Source of the DNA: Bacilli bacterium
GTDB taxonomy: Bacteria; Bacillota_I; Bacilli_A; RF39; UBA660
Length of the DNA stretch: 64,000 nt
NCBI GenBank assembly: GCA_017405445.1
Contig: JAFRAK010000039.1
Coordinates: forward strand, 66,773-130,772
Reading direction: 5' to 3'
Shown: piece after piece, positions 38,314-48,113 of the stretch
How the letters are laid out: every line of letters begins with the position of its first letter
How positions within the stretch are numbered: position 1 is the first letter of the stretch
The notes under the pieces: generated by a model
Databases searched by the model: none
What the model was told of the DNA's origin: nothing
What the model saw: only the letters and a program-made list of their open reading frames with translations
Program-made: the position numbers and the translations under genes

Positions 38314-39295
38314 GGAGCCTGAGATAGTGGCTCCCAGAAGTCAAGAGCCACAGCAAACTAACGAAGACATAGAAGAGGCTAAAGAGAAAAGAAAGACTAA
38401 AGGTTACTATTTAGAGTTTAAAGTACAAAAAGAAGATGCAATATATTTAGCATCATTTGTATCTGACACAGATGAAAACTTTTTGGAAGAAACTAAAAAG
38501 AAATTAGAAGATGAAGGTTATACTAACATAGAAGAACTACATCATAGAAGAAGCAGAAACGGAGATATGAATGATTTACATCTTCTAAAAATAATTCCAA
38601 AGAAATATGAAGTTACTTTTAGAATTAAAATGGACAATGTAAAATACAAGAAGTGTTTTATAATAGAGAGTACAGATGAAAATAAAGTATGCGATTTAGC
38701 TAAACAAAGATGTAATAAAGAATTTAGTAGAATTAGAAGTATTACTAAAATGACTTATAAATTAGCAGATGAAAATTCTAGAGAGTATTCAGAAGTCATA
38801 AAAGAACCTAAAAATAAAATTATAAATAAAAGTTCAGAGAATGCTTCAGATGTCAATCTAATGACTCAGAATAATATAGAAAATTCTAACGTTAAAAGAG
38901 TTAATTCAATTATACCTAAAAATTTAAGATTAGATGCTGACCATGAAGAACTAGACGCAGCTTCATTAACAAATATTAAGATTGATGAAGATAATAAGAA
39001 AAAACAATTTGTAATAACACCTACAACTATGTTAGTAGACTATTCTAAGTATAAATGGTATATTATATCTACAGTTTTAGATACTCACACTTATATATGG
39101 CCAGCAAGAGTATTTGCTAAATCTTCTTCTAATGCACTTATGATGTTTTCAGTTATGGTAAATAGTAAAAAAGACTTAAAATATATATTATTAGAGAATG
39201 CTCAATTATATAATATAACAGAAGAATCTACTGGAAAACAAGCAAATATTTCTGTAAAAGTTTTAAATGATATTATAAGAGACATAGTAGTATAA
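38294..39295 (+). CDS. hypothetical protein; overlaps the upstream ORF by 20 nt and has no obvious SD
   Basis: 333-aa ORF in the +1 frame relative to the upstream gene. A repeated ~35-aa module is shared with the upstream ORF. Confidence 0.5.
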   Translation: MSIPGNKEPEIVAPRSQEPQQTNEDIEEAKEKRKTKGYYLEFKVQKEDAIYLASFVSDTDENFLEETKKKLEDEGYTNIEELHHRRSRNGDMNDLHLLKIIPKKYEVTFRIKMDNVKYKKCFIIESTDENKVCDLAKQRCNKEFSRIRSITKMTYKLADENSREYSEVIKEPKNKIINKSSENASDVNLMTQNNIENSNVKRVNSIIPKNLRLDADHEELDAASLTNIKIDEDNKKKQFVITPTTMLVDYSKYKWYIISTVLDTHTYIWPARVFAKSSSNALMMFSVMVNSKKDLKYILLENAQLYNITEESTGKQANISVKVLNDIIRDIVV

Positions 39296-39315
39296 AGTAC
39301 AACTAAATGTTAATA

Positions 39316-39355
39316 AAATTGCTATAATTTACATAAAAGTATTATAGCAATTTTT
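39316..39355 (+). terminator. rho-independent terminator
   Basis: 13-bp stem aaattgctataat/attatagcaattt followed by tt. Confidence 0.75.
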
Positions 39356-39392
39356 ATGTTACAGACATATAATATTTTAGGAGGAAATATTC

Positions 39393-39938
39393 ATGAAGAA
39401 AAAAGAAATACACAATAATGCAGAAGAAATCAAAAAAGCTCAAACTAATAAAACTATAAAAAGAGACTTACAATATTTCAGTGAATTACTAAAAAATATT
39501 AAGTATGAGACTGTATCGTTTAAAGATATAGAGCAAAAAATGAAGTTTCATTCATTTAAAGGAGCTATTGTAATTAACTCAAAAAATGAAATTTATAGAC
39601 ATGTATCTATAGCTGCTCTATCTAAATATTATAACATTAAAACTACTTATAAAGTATACCCTGTAGATAGTATAGTTGATATGTGGTTTAGTAATGTTGC
39701 TGGAAATCCATATAAGCAAGTAATATGGAATGTAGATGTTCTAATACTTCATGATACAAATGCATTAGATAGAAATAACGGACCTATTAGAAGAGTATTA
39801 GTAGAAATTATAGAAACTAGAAAAGGCTTTAATAAAGATACTTGGATTTTTACTCAATCAAATGATATTAACGATATACTTGCAAATAATTCAATTTATG
39901 CATTAAATAATTATATTAACAAAAGTTATAACTATTAA
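39393..39938 (+). CDS. hypothetical protein (helicase-loader position, no motif seen)
   Basis: 181-aa ORF with AGGAGG SD, immediately upstream of the DnaB-like gene. Confidence 0.55.
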   Translation: MKKKEIHNNAEEIKKAQTNKTIKRDLQYFSELLKNIKYETVSFKDIEQKMKFHSFKGAIVINSKNEIYRHVSIAALSKYYNIKTTYKVYPVDSIVDMWFSNVAGNPYKQVIWNVDVLILHDTNALDRNNGPIRRVLVEIIETRKGFNKDTWIFTQSNDINDILANNSIYALNNYINKSYNY

Positions 39939-39957
39939 AGGAAATGGAGAGATTAAA

Positions 39958-41386
39958 ATGAGTGATAAACCTGTAAAATTTGACACTATACCACAACTAG
40001 AAGTAATTTTAAAATCAATAGATTTAGAAGATTCAGCGTTATTAACTCCAATTTTAGATTCTAGAGAGGTTGACTCATCAGAAAAAATAATAATTCAAAA
40101 GTATATGAAATTATATGAGATATCTGGTAGACCATCAGTTGCATTATTACAAAAAGAAATACCAGGTAGAAATTTTGAAGTGGACCCTATAGAGAAAGAA
40201 GCACTTCCAGATTATATTCAGTTATATTTGTATAATAAGAAAAATATGCAAGTGTCAAAAAATTTAATGGAATTAAGTGCTAAAGTTAGAAGTGAAGGTT
40301 TAAATGAATCTATAGTATCAGAACTTTCAAAATTAACTAAAAGTGAAGTAGTTCAACATAAATTTACAGACATAGCAGATGAATATATAGATAGATATGA
40401 GAATCAAGAGTATGCGATAGGAATACCTACTGGAATATCATTTGTAGATGAGATGGTTGGAGGTATACATAAAGGAGAAGTTACTTGTATAGCTGGTTAT
40501 GCTGGTCACTGTAAAACTACATTAGCAGTAAATTCTGCTTATAATGCACTAAAATCTGGATTCAATGTTTTATATTGTTCATTTGAGGTTCCTAAAGAAA
40601 GTATTTATAATGACTTTTTATCTAGACATTCTAATGACAACAAATTTAAAATGAGAATACCTCATTATGGACTTAAGAAAAGATCTTTAAAACCAGAACA
40701 GTGGGATTATGTAAAAGAAGTTATACGGACCAGATTTAAGAAATATGGGTGGAAGACTATACATTGTAGATGAAACTGAGTTTGACAATTATTCACAATT
40801 TTCTTTTGAAGCAAAATTTAGAGAATTAGAAAAAGTAGCAATAGAAGAAACTGGTAAAGGTATAGATGTAGTATACATAGACCATGTTCAATTATTAAAG
40901 TTTGGAGGAAATAGAGTAACTAATACTGGAGAAATTATAAATGAATATGTATCTTGGTTTAGACAAATGGCGATGAACTGGCTTAAAACTGCAAGACAAG
41001 TAGCTATCGTTTGTTTATCACAGACTAACAGAGCTGGTTATACAGAGGCTAAAGAACATAATGGTAAATATAGTTCAACAGCTATGGCTGAGGCAAATGA
41101 GTTAGAAAGAGCTTCTACTTTAATATTAACTACTTACGCAGAAACAGAAATGAAAGATATGGGTGTAGCTAAAGTTCAAATATTAAAATATAGAGATAAT
41201 AGAAATGAAGATGACCCTACAGAAGTAAATGTAGATTTGCAATATTATTTATTCGGAGATTTAGTAGAAGGAGCTTCAGAAATATCACCTAATATTAGTG
41301 AAGACACAAATGAAGCATTGTCTAAAATAGACGATAATATGTTAGATGAATTTAAAGAGTTTATGCCTGATAACTTTGATTTATAG
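39958..41386 (+). CDS. DnaB-like replicative helicase; needs a +1 shift at CGG 40726
   Basis: Walker A AGYAGHCKTT. After skipping C40726 the sequence reads ..KEVI-G-PDLRNMGGRLYIVDE. Walker B is VVYIDHVQLL, followed by an LSQTNR motif. Confidence 0.85.
40726..40729 (+). other. in-frame CGG-A +1 recoding site (DnaB-like helicase)
   Basis: ATA CGG ACC reads as I-G-P. Confidence 0.7.
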
Positions 41387-41397
41387 GAGGAATTTGA

Positions 41398-41745
41398 ATG
41401 AATATATTAAAAACTAAAAAAGAACCTAAAAATGGTTGGTGGAACTACAGATTTTTGTTAAAATCAATATATGAAAAAGACAAAATTGTTGGATGTTACT
41501 ATGAGATGATAGAAGTGTATTATGACACTAATGGTAAAATAATAGCTTGGGCTGATGATGCTAGCAATATAGTAACAGAATCTACAGAAGATTTAAAAAT
41601 ATTTATAAGACAGATAAAAGATGCATCTAAGAGAACAGTATTAGAAATAAAAGATGGAATAATAGTAGATACAGAAAAATATATGAGTAAAGAAGCTACT
41701 GTATGCATAGAATGTTATAGAGATTCTTTAATAGAAGGTGATTAA
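41398..41745 (+). CDS. hypothetical protein
   Basis: 115-aa ORF with AGGAGG SD. Confidence 0.6.
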   Translation: MNILKTKKEPKNGWWNYRFLLKSIYEKDKIVGCYYEMIEVYYDTNGKIIAWADDASNIVTESTEDLKIFIRQIKDASKRTVLEIKDGIIVDTEKYMSKEATVCIECYRDSLIEGD

Positions 41746-41828
41746 GTGGAAGAAAATGAAATAGATAAATCGTTTAAACTTAAATGAAATGGACAAAATA
41801 TTATATATTACATTAGGAGGTAATTCTA

Positions 41829-42632
41829 ATGTATGGTTATATTTATGAAACTACTAATTTAGTAAACGGAAAGAAATATATAGGACAACATAGAGGTAAT
41901 TTTAATGAAAATTATCATGGCTCAGGAATAAATATATGTAGAGCTATAGAAAAATACGGTGAAGAAAATTTTAAAACTATTTTAATAGAAGAATGTGAAG
42001 ATTATGATAATTTAGATAAAAGAGAAATATATTGGATAGCAAAGTACAGAAAAATATATAAAGATAATCTGTATAATATAGCTGATGGTGGAAGAGTTAA
42101 TAGAACTATGAGCGGAAAAAGAAATCCAATGCATCATTCACGTTATACATTTACTAAAGAACATAGAAAACATTTATCTGAATCTCATTTAGGTAAATCT
42201 TCATGGATTAAAGGTAAACATTGGACAAATAAGCAGAAAGAAATTCTTAGCAAAGCAGCAAAAAATAGAAAAGTAAATTCTACAACAGGTAAAATTTCTA
42301 TTAAAAAAGACAACACTTTGAAGTATATATTCCCGTCTGATTTAGATATGTATATAAATAATGGTTGGATTAAAGGTAATCCTAAAAATGAATCTTGGCA
42401 AAAAAATCAGTCTGAAAGTAGAAAAAATTTTTATAAAATAGAACTTAATAATAAAGAAATAATAGTTAAAGGTAAAGACTCTATTTTTTCTTATTTAAAA
42501 GAAAATTATAATTGTGTAATAAGCGGAACTGAAGTAAAACATCTTATAAGAACGGGTAAAGAATTTATAGCTCATCACAGTAAGCATAAAATTTTAAAAG
42601 GATTAAAGATAAGTAGAGTAGAAAAGAGGTGA
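41829..42632 (+). CDS. GIY-YIG homing endonuclease
   Basis: MYGYIYETTNLVNGKKYIGQH...R..H...N, plus repeated NUMOD/IENR-like K-rich DNA-binding motifs. Free-standing between replication genes. Confidence 0.9.
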   Translation: MYGYIYETTNLVNGKKYIGQHRGNFNENYHGSGINICRAIEKYGEENFKTILIEECEDYDNLDKREIYWIAKYRKIYKDNLYNIADGGRVNRTMSGKRNPMHHSRYTFTKEHRKHLSESHLGKSSWIKGKHWTNKQKEILSKAAKNRKVNSTTGKISIKKDNTLKYIFPSDLDMYINNGWIKGNPKNESWQKNQSESRKNFYKIELNNKEIIVKGKDSIFSYLKENYNCVISGTEVKHLIRTGKEFIAHHSKHKILKGLKISRVEKR

Positions 42633-42636
42633 TGTT

Positions 42637-43070
42637 ATGGAAGAAAACATAATAGATACGAGTTTAGAAAGAAAAATCATAAATCATTACATTAGTATGG
42701 TAGATTTATTTGAAAAATTAAATATAGACTATAGTACTCACTCTAATATGTTTTGTCCTTGAAGTCATTTCACTACAATGTTGATACTCCTTCAGCGCAT
42801 TTCCATGTTAGTTCGAATTTGTTATGGTGTTATTCGGAGCAAAAGATGTATGGTAGTTGGAATCTGATAAAGCAATATTTTCCAGAAACTAATACTCAAA
42901 AATTAGCTTTAGGAATAATTCAAAAATTCGGAAAAGAAGAAATAGAAAGGCAATTGGGAGAAATAGAAATAGACAATTCTATACCATTTGAAAAGTCATT
43001 AAAAAAGTTTAAAGAGAATAAAATAACATATAAACAACTATGTAAAGAGATATCAGAGTGTTATCAGTAA
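42637..43070 (+). pseudogene. primase zinc-finger-like gene split by a -1 frame break at 42753-42762 (pseudogene, indel error or -1 frameshift)
   Basis: The 41-codon ORF ...VDLFEKLNIDYSTHSNMFCP stops at the TGA at 42760. The -1 frame continues (L)KSFHYNVDTPSAHFHV..LLWCYSE..YGSW, colinear with the DnaG CHC2 zinc-finger region. No CGG is involved. Confidence 0.45.
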
Positions 43071-43087
43071 TATTCTGATATCTTTTA
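43048..43087 (+). terminator. hairpin plus T-run upstream of the DNA polymerase gene
   Basis: agatatcag...ctgatatct followed by tttatt. Confidence 0.5.
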
Positions 43088-43133
43088 TTAAGAACATATT
43101 ATATAATATAATTATAGAAAGGAGAAGATAAAA

Positions 43134-45737
43134 ATGCCAGAAGGTAAAAGTAAGTTCAATTATAAACAGTGGGTAGACCCAGTTACAGAGTCTAATGATT
43201 TTCCTAGTAAATATAATTTTCATTTAGTTAGAGATTTAGACACATTACAACAAGTTTTATCTCAAAAATCTCCAGCAATGGGTTTTGATACTGAAACTAC
43301 AGGGCTAAATCATGAAGATATATTTATGGTAGGTTATTCTTTTTGTATGGATGGAAAGAATGCTTATTATGTACCAGTAAAACATTCAGTAGAGGACTTA
43401 GATTTAAGAATATCTGAATTAGAAGAAAGTATGAAAGATATAGATGAAAACACTGAAGATTATATCAATATAAGAAGCAAAATAGAAGTTTTAGAGAAAG
43501 CTAAGTTTTCTAGACAATTAGGAGAACCTGCAATAGATATGATATATGAAAAAATGAAAAATACTCCAATAGTTTTCATGTTTAATATGAGATATGATGT
43601 TAGAGTAATGGAATTTCATGGTTTTAAAGAGTTGATGGAAAAAATAGATGCTAGTGAACAATACACAGAAGAACAGAAGATATTATTAAAATCTAAAGTA
43701 TTAGAAAAACAATACATGAAATATGATATGAGTGAGGTAAATACGATAGATGTGCAAGCTATGGTATTTGATGTCGATACTAATAATAAATTCCCATCAT
43801 TAAAGAAATCAGAACAATATTTCTTAGGATGGAGAGGAGATAGCTTTGAAGAAACTTTAGGAGATGCAGCTAACTTTTATCAATTAGACCCTGAAAAAGC
43901 ATATTTTTACGCTGCAACAGATGCTTTAGGAACTTTATTATTAGGTTATAAACTAATGCCATTTTTAAAGGCTGCTAAAAAATCTGGTGAATTAGATGTT
44001 AAATGTTTACAACCTCTTACTAGATTTGAGAATGAAATGACAGAAGTAGATGTAGAAAAACTAAAGAATTATTCTAAAGATTTAACTGAACAAATAGAAG
44101 CTTGTCAACATAGATGTTGGGAAATGGCTGGAGAAGAATTTAACTTAGGAAGTCCAACAGATAACAATAGAGTACTAACTAAATTAAATATACACACTGG
44201 AGTAACTACATCTAGAGGAATGAGTACTAGTAAAGTAGCAATAGAAGGATGTCTTAAAACTTTAAGTAAAGATGACCCTGCTAGACAATTACTTAAAGAT
44301 TTAGTAGATTACGCTAGTTTATCTAAACAAAGAAGTAGTTATGTAGATAATGTTATTGAAATGTGCAAAAGAGTAACTAATCACCCTAATAGATTAAGAT
44401 TTAGATATAAAAATACAGAGGTTCCATCTGGAAGATTTGCAGCAGGTGGAGATAAAAAGAATGCATTTTTCAGTGATTTAAATATTCAAAACATAACTAA
44501 ACCACATGTAACTATGCATTATGTAGTAAAATTTGAAGATATTAAAGAAGCTTACCCAGATGTATATGAAGCTATATTAAATAGTGGTACTAGAGAAGAA
44601 TGTGATACTGATTTAGTTTATACAGAAGAACAATTATCAGAAATAGCTAAAACCACAGGAGAGGTAAAAGCTCAAGAAATAGTAGATAAAATAAAAGGAC
44701 AAACATTTAAAAGACATTCTTATAAAATATTAGATTGGGTATTTAGTAACTATCCTTGGTTTATAAATGGAATAGATGAAACTGAAGTGGAAGGATTTGA
44801 CAGTTATTTGAATATTAGAGCAGCATTTTTACCAGACCCTAATCATTATTGGGTAAGTATAGACTTTAATGCAGAAGAACTTAGAATACCTACTTTAATA
44901 ACTAAAGAACCAGTATGGTTAGATGCTTTTAAACACAATAAAGATATTCATAAACAAACTGCATTAGCTATATGGGGAGAAGAAAACTATGATAAAAATA
45001 AAAGAAAAATAGCTAAATCTGCAAACTTTGGTATTTTATATGGTCAAACTGGAAGAAACTTTGCAGACAGATTTAATATGACTATAGATGAAGGTAATCA
45101 ATTTGTTGAAGATTTTAAAGCATCATTACCAGTACTATTTAGATGGGTTAATATATGGGAGAAAGTAGGAGAAAAACAAGGTTATGTAACTACTTTATTC
45201 GGTAGACCGATAAGAGTAAGAAGTTATTTTGAGTCTGGAGAATGGAAGTGGAAATCTTACGCTAAAAGAATGTGTGTAAATGGTACTATACAAGGCACTG
45301 GTGCAGATATCATGAAATATTGTCTAATAAAAGTATTTCAAAAGTTTTATAAAACTAATAGAACAAATGAAGTTAGATTTAAAAATATGATACATGATGA
45401 AATAAACTATCAGATGAGAAAAGACAAACTATTTGATTTATTACCTGAAGTAATGGACATTATGAGAGTTCAAAGACCAGATTGGGAATTCCCTATGGAA
45501 GTTGGTTTAGAGATGGGAAATAGATGGGGACAATCAGTTCCATTTAGATTTAAAATCGAAAAAGTAGAAGGTGCTACTAGTAAAATATCAGGTGTAGAAC
45601 CTAAAACTGACCCAGTAGATAAGAAAACTATTTGTAATACATTCAAAGTTTCTGAAGAAGATAATGTAGAAGAGGAAGCTTCAGAGGAAGTAGAAGAGAA
45701 AGTAAAATTCACATGGGAGGAAGAAAAATATGAGTAA
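43134..45737 (+). CDS. family A DNA polymerase with 3'-5' exonuclease domain
   Basis: Exo I is GFDTETTGL and Exo III is YAATDA. Pol motif A is SIDFNAEELRIP, motif B is RKIAKSANFGILYGQ and motif C is MIHDEINY. Confidence 0.92.
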   Translation: MPEGKSKFNYKQWVDPVTESNDFPSKYNFHLVRDLDTLQQVLSQKSPAMGFDTETTGLNHEDIFMVGYSFCMDGKNAYYVPVKHSVEDLDLRISELEESMKDIDENTEDYINIRSKIEVLEKAKFSRQLGEPAIDMIYEKMKNTPIVFMFNMRYDVRVMEFHGFKELMEKIDASEQYTEEQKILLKSKVLEKQYMKYDMSEVNTIDVQAMVFDVDTNNKFPSLKKSEQYFLGWRGDSFEETLGDAANFYQLDPEKAYFYAATDALGTLLLGYKLMPFLKAAKKSGELDVKCLQPLTRFENEMTEVDVEKLKNYSKDLTEQIEACQHRCWEMAGEEFNLGSPTDNNRVLTKLNIHTGVTTSRGMSTSKVAIEGCLKTLSKDDPARQLLKDLVDYASLSKQRSSYVDNVIEMCKRVTNHPNRLRFRYKNTEVPSGRFAAGGDKKNAFFSDLNIQNITKPHVTMHYVVKFEDIKEAYPDVYEAILNSGTREECDTDLVYTEEQLSEIAKTTGEVKAQEIVDKIKGQTFKRHSYKILDWVFSNYPWFINGIDETEVEGFDSYLNIRAAFLPDPNHYWVSIDFNAEELRIPTLITKEPVWLDAFKHNKDIHKQTALAIWGEENYDKNKRKIAKSANFGILYGQTGRNFADRFNMTIDEGNQFVEDFKASLPVLFRWVNIWEKVGEKQGYVTTLFGRPIRVRSYFESGEWKWKSYAKRMCVNGTIQGTGADIMKYCLIKVFQKFYKTNRTNEVRFKNMIHDEINYQMRKDKLFDLLPEVMDIMRVQRPDWEFPMEVGLEMGNRWGQSVPFRFKIEKVEGATSKISGVEPKTDPVDKKTICNTFKVSEEDNVEEEASEEVEEKVKFTWEEEKYE

Positions 45738-45882
45738 ACCTAGCAATATTACTTGTTGGTTATTCAAGTGTCCAAAATGTGATAATAACAAACTTAAAGG
45801 TGTTAAATATAAAACTTATGAGATTTATACTTGTACTAAATGTAATTATAAATTTAGAAGGGAGATAGATAAAAATGAGTAA
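45730..45882 (+). CDS. small zinc-ribbon protein (50 aa)
   Basis: CPKC...CTKC; overlaps the end of the polymerase gene. Confidence 0.45.
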   Translation: MSKPSNITCWLFKCPKCDNNKLKGVKYKTYEIYTCTKCNYKFRREIDKNE

Positions 45883-46024
45883 ATCAGCATATCATTTCTG
45901 TCATAAATATAATAAGTACATTGATAAACTAAACAATACACAAGCAGGAGAAAAGCTACCTTGTGATAAAATATGTAAAGAATGTGAATATAATGATATA
46001 ATATGGGTAGAGGAGGATGATTAA
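45875..46024 (+). CDS. small Cys-rich protein (49 aa)
   Basis: Contains C..H...C...C..C and is tightly packed with its neighbours. Confidence 0.4.
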   Translation: MSKSAYHFCHKYNKYIDKLNNTQAGEKLPCDKICKECEYNDIIWVEEDD

Positions 46025-46309
46025 ATGTTTAAAATTATAAATGAAAACGGAGAAGCTTTAGACACAAATATCGTAGACATAAATTCAAATGATGTAATTA
46101 TAATAAAAGCTAACACTAATATGTCTATTGAAGAGCTAGTTGATATAAAACAAAAAGTCAAAGACATTTTTAAAGACAATAAAGTTTTAATATTAAACAA
46201 GAATATTGAATTAGATATTATAAAATCATCTGAAGATATGATTATTAAAGATGAGTCTGATAACATATTAAATAATATAGAAACTAAAAGAAAGGTGTTG
46301 AAAGGGTAA
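46025..46309 (+). CDS. hypothetical protein
   Basis: 94-aa ORF with GGAGG upstream. Confidence 0.55.
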   Translation: MFKIINENGEALDTNIVDINSNDVIIIKANTNMSIEELVDIKQKVKDIFKDNKVLILNKNIELDIIKSSEDMIIKDESDNILNNIETKRKVLKG

Positions 46310-46509
46310 TGTTAGTAAAGTTATATATTCATCCAAACAAATTAACTAATCTAAATAATAATGAAGCTGTATTAGCAAAGCAAATGCCTAATTCTCAATA
46401 TGAAATAGAAGTTTTTATAGACACTAGAGAATATAACATATCATATCAACAGAATGGAGTTCTAGTTTCAAAGAAAACTTTTATACAAAGATTATTTAAG
46501 AAAGGATAG
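46309..46509 (+). CDS. hypothetical protein
   Basis: 66-aa ORF with a TAATG junction. Confidence 0.5.
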   Translation: MLVKLYIHPNKLTNLNNNEAVLAKQMPNSQYEIEVFIDTREYNISYQQNGVLVSKKTFIQRLFKKG

Positions 46510-46515
46510 ATACCA

Positions 46516-47007
46516 ATGTTAAAGAAAGATATGCCTAAAGATAGATGGGGAATACCAGTTCCTGCTGAGATGTCTAAATCAATAGGATTAGATAAAGGTA
46601 AGCCAGTATACATAGATTTAGACAAATCTAATAATAGAATTATATTAACATCTTCTGAAAATGCTTCAGATGTCAATCTGGTAACCTCATCTGATAATAC
46701 AGATAAGAAAGAATATACAGATGAAGAAATCATAGACTTAATTAGAATGATAATGAATGAGAACTACAATATTAAATCTGGTATAATGGACATAGTTTTA
46801 AATAGAAAACAGTCTATAAATTATAAAGTAGATAAAAAGAAACAAGAGAAATGTGGTCATTGCAATAGAATATTAAAAGATAATGAAAGACTAAGAGTAA
46901 ATGGTAAAAGAATATGTAGTGATTGCAAGAAAATAGAAGTTCAAAAGTTCTTACTTTACTTAGAGAGGAGAAAACTTAATGCCAAAAAAGAAGAATCAAA
47001 AGAATAA
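46516..47007 (+). CDS. AbrB/SpoVT-type DNA-binding protein with C-terminal zinc ribbon
   Basis: DRWGIPVPAEMSKSIGLDKGKPVYIDLDKSNNRIILT is an AbrB swapped-hairpin signature. The C-terminus has CGHC...CSDC. Confidence 0.7.
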   Translation: MLKKDMPKDRWGIPVPAEMSKSIGLDKGKPVYIDLDKSNNRIILTSSENASDVNLVTSSDNTDKKEYTDEEIIDLIRMIMNENYNIKSGIMDIVLNRKQSINYKVDKKKQEKCGHCNRILKDNERLRVNGKRICSDCKKIEVQKFLLYLERRKLNAKKEESKE

Positions 47008-47749
47008 AGAAAAAATAGAGTATACTTCTTCTACAGACGGTATAGATGTCAATAAAATACCTAAACCTGATATAAAAATAAAGAAAGATAGTAAAGTATT
47101 CGAAGATGATAAGAAAGAAACAATAAATAAAACTAATGACTTAGATATCGATTTAAGCAATATAGATATCAATTCAATGTTAGATGGAGAAGATAGTGGT
47201 AATTCATCTTCTATGAAAGTAGGAGAAGTAGTTAGTAATATTAGTGCATTAGATAGAGCTGCAGATATAGACAGTTTAAGTACTACTGAAAGTTTAGTTA
47301 GATATGCTTTTGCTAATAATGAGGACAAACCTATATTATTAGAGAAGCTACTATCTGATGGAGATGCTAGAATAAAAGAAATATCTACTATAAATGCACT
47401 TCAATCACAATTAAATATAACAAAACTAGCAGCATTAGAACAGACTGTTTTAAACGATATTATATATAAAGTCAATAACATTTCATTTCTAAGTTTACAA
47501 GATGAATTATCTATATTTACAACTATAAATACTGCAAAAGAAAAAGCTCAGAAACAGATATTTGATTATATTAAAATGTCTAGAGATTTTAGCTCTATGC
47601 CTACAATATATAGACAATTAGTAGACAAGCTTATGATTATGCCAGATGATAAAGTTACTAGATTAAAGACAATTCCTGAGCTGATGGAACTTCCAGATGA
47701 ACTTTGGAATAGAATTATTGAAATAGTTGAAATATATAATAAAAGATAA
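46979..47749 (+). CDS. hypothetical protein
   Basis: 256-aa ORF overlapping the upstream gene. Confidence 0.55.
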   Translation: MPKKKNQKNKEKIEYTSSTDGIDVNKIPKPDIKIKKDSKVFEDDKKETINKTNDLDIDLSNIDINSMLDGEDSGNSSSMKVGEVVSNISALDRAADIDSLSTTESLVRYAFANNEDKPILLEKLLSDGDARIKEISTINALQSQLNITKLAALEQTVLNDIIYKVNNISFLSLQDELSIFTTINTAKEKAQKQIFDYIKMSRDFSSMPTIYRQLVDKLMIMPDDKVTRLKTIPELMELPDELWNRIIEIVEIYNKR

Positions 47750-47752
47750 TTA

Positions 47753-47803
47753 TCAGAATTAAATCTGAATCATTTTTATAGCTAAAATAATAAATTATAT
47801 TAT
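47753..47803 (+). repeat. cassette copy f
   Basis: tcagaattaaatctgaatcatttttatagctaaaataataaattatattat. A second tcagatttaaatctga lies at 47820. Confidence 0.6.
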
Positions 47804-47843
47804 AAAGTATTAACTTTTATCAGATTTAAATCTGAAATAAATT

Positions 47844-47877
47844 AAAGATATTAGTGGTATTTTCTACTAATATCTTT
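47844..47877 (+). terminator. rho-independent terminator
   Basis: 12-bp stem aaagatattagt/actaatatcttt. Confidence 0.7.
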
Positions 47878-47939
47878 ATTAAATTGTAATGCAGAAATGA
47901 TTAGCATAATATAAATATATAATGTGAAAGGATGATTAT

Positions 47940-48113
47940 ATGGAACAACCTAGAAGTTTTACAAGTTCTCCATATTGGGATTATATGAAAAAGGGAATAT
48001 GTCCATGTTGTGGAGGAGCTAAACATAAATCAAATCAAAATGATATAAGACAAATATTAGCATTAAAATATAATAAAACAAAACAACAGAATAAAGGTGG
48101 TAATAATGAATAG
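47940..48113 (+). CDS. small Cys-rich protein (57 aa)
   Basis: Contains CPCCGG. AAAGGATGA lies upstream. It overlaps the SNF2 start. Confidence 0.45.
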   Translation: MEQPRSFTSSPYWDYMKKGICPCCGGAKHKSNQNDIRQILALKYNKTKQQNKGGNNE

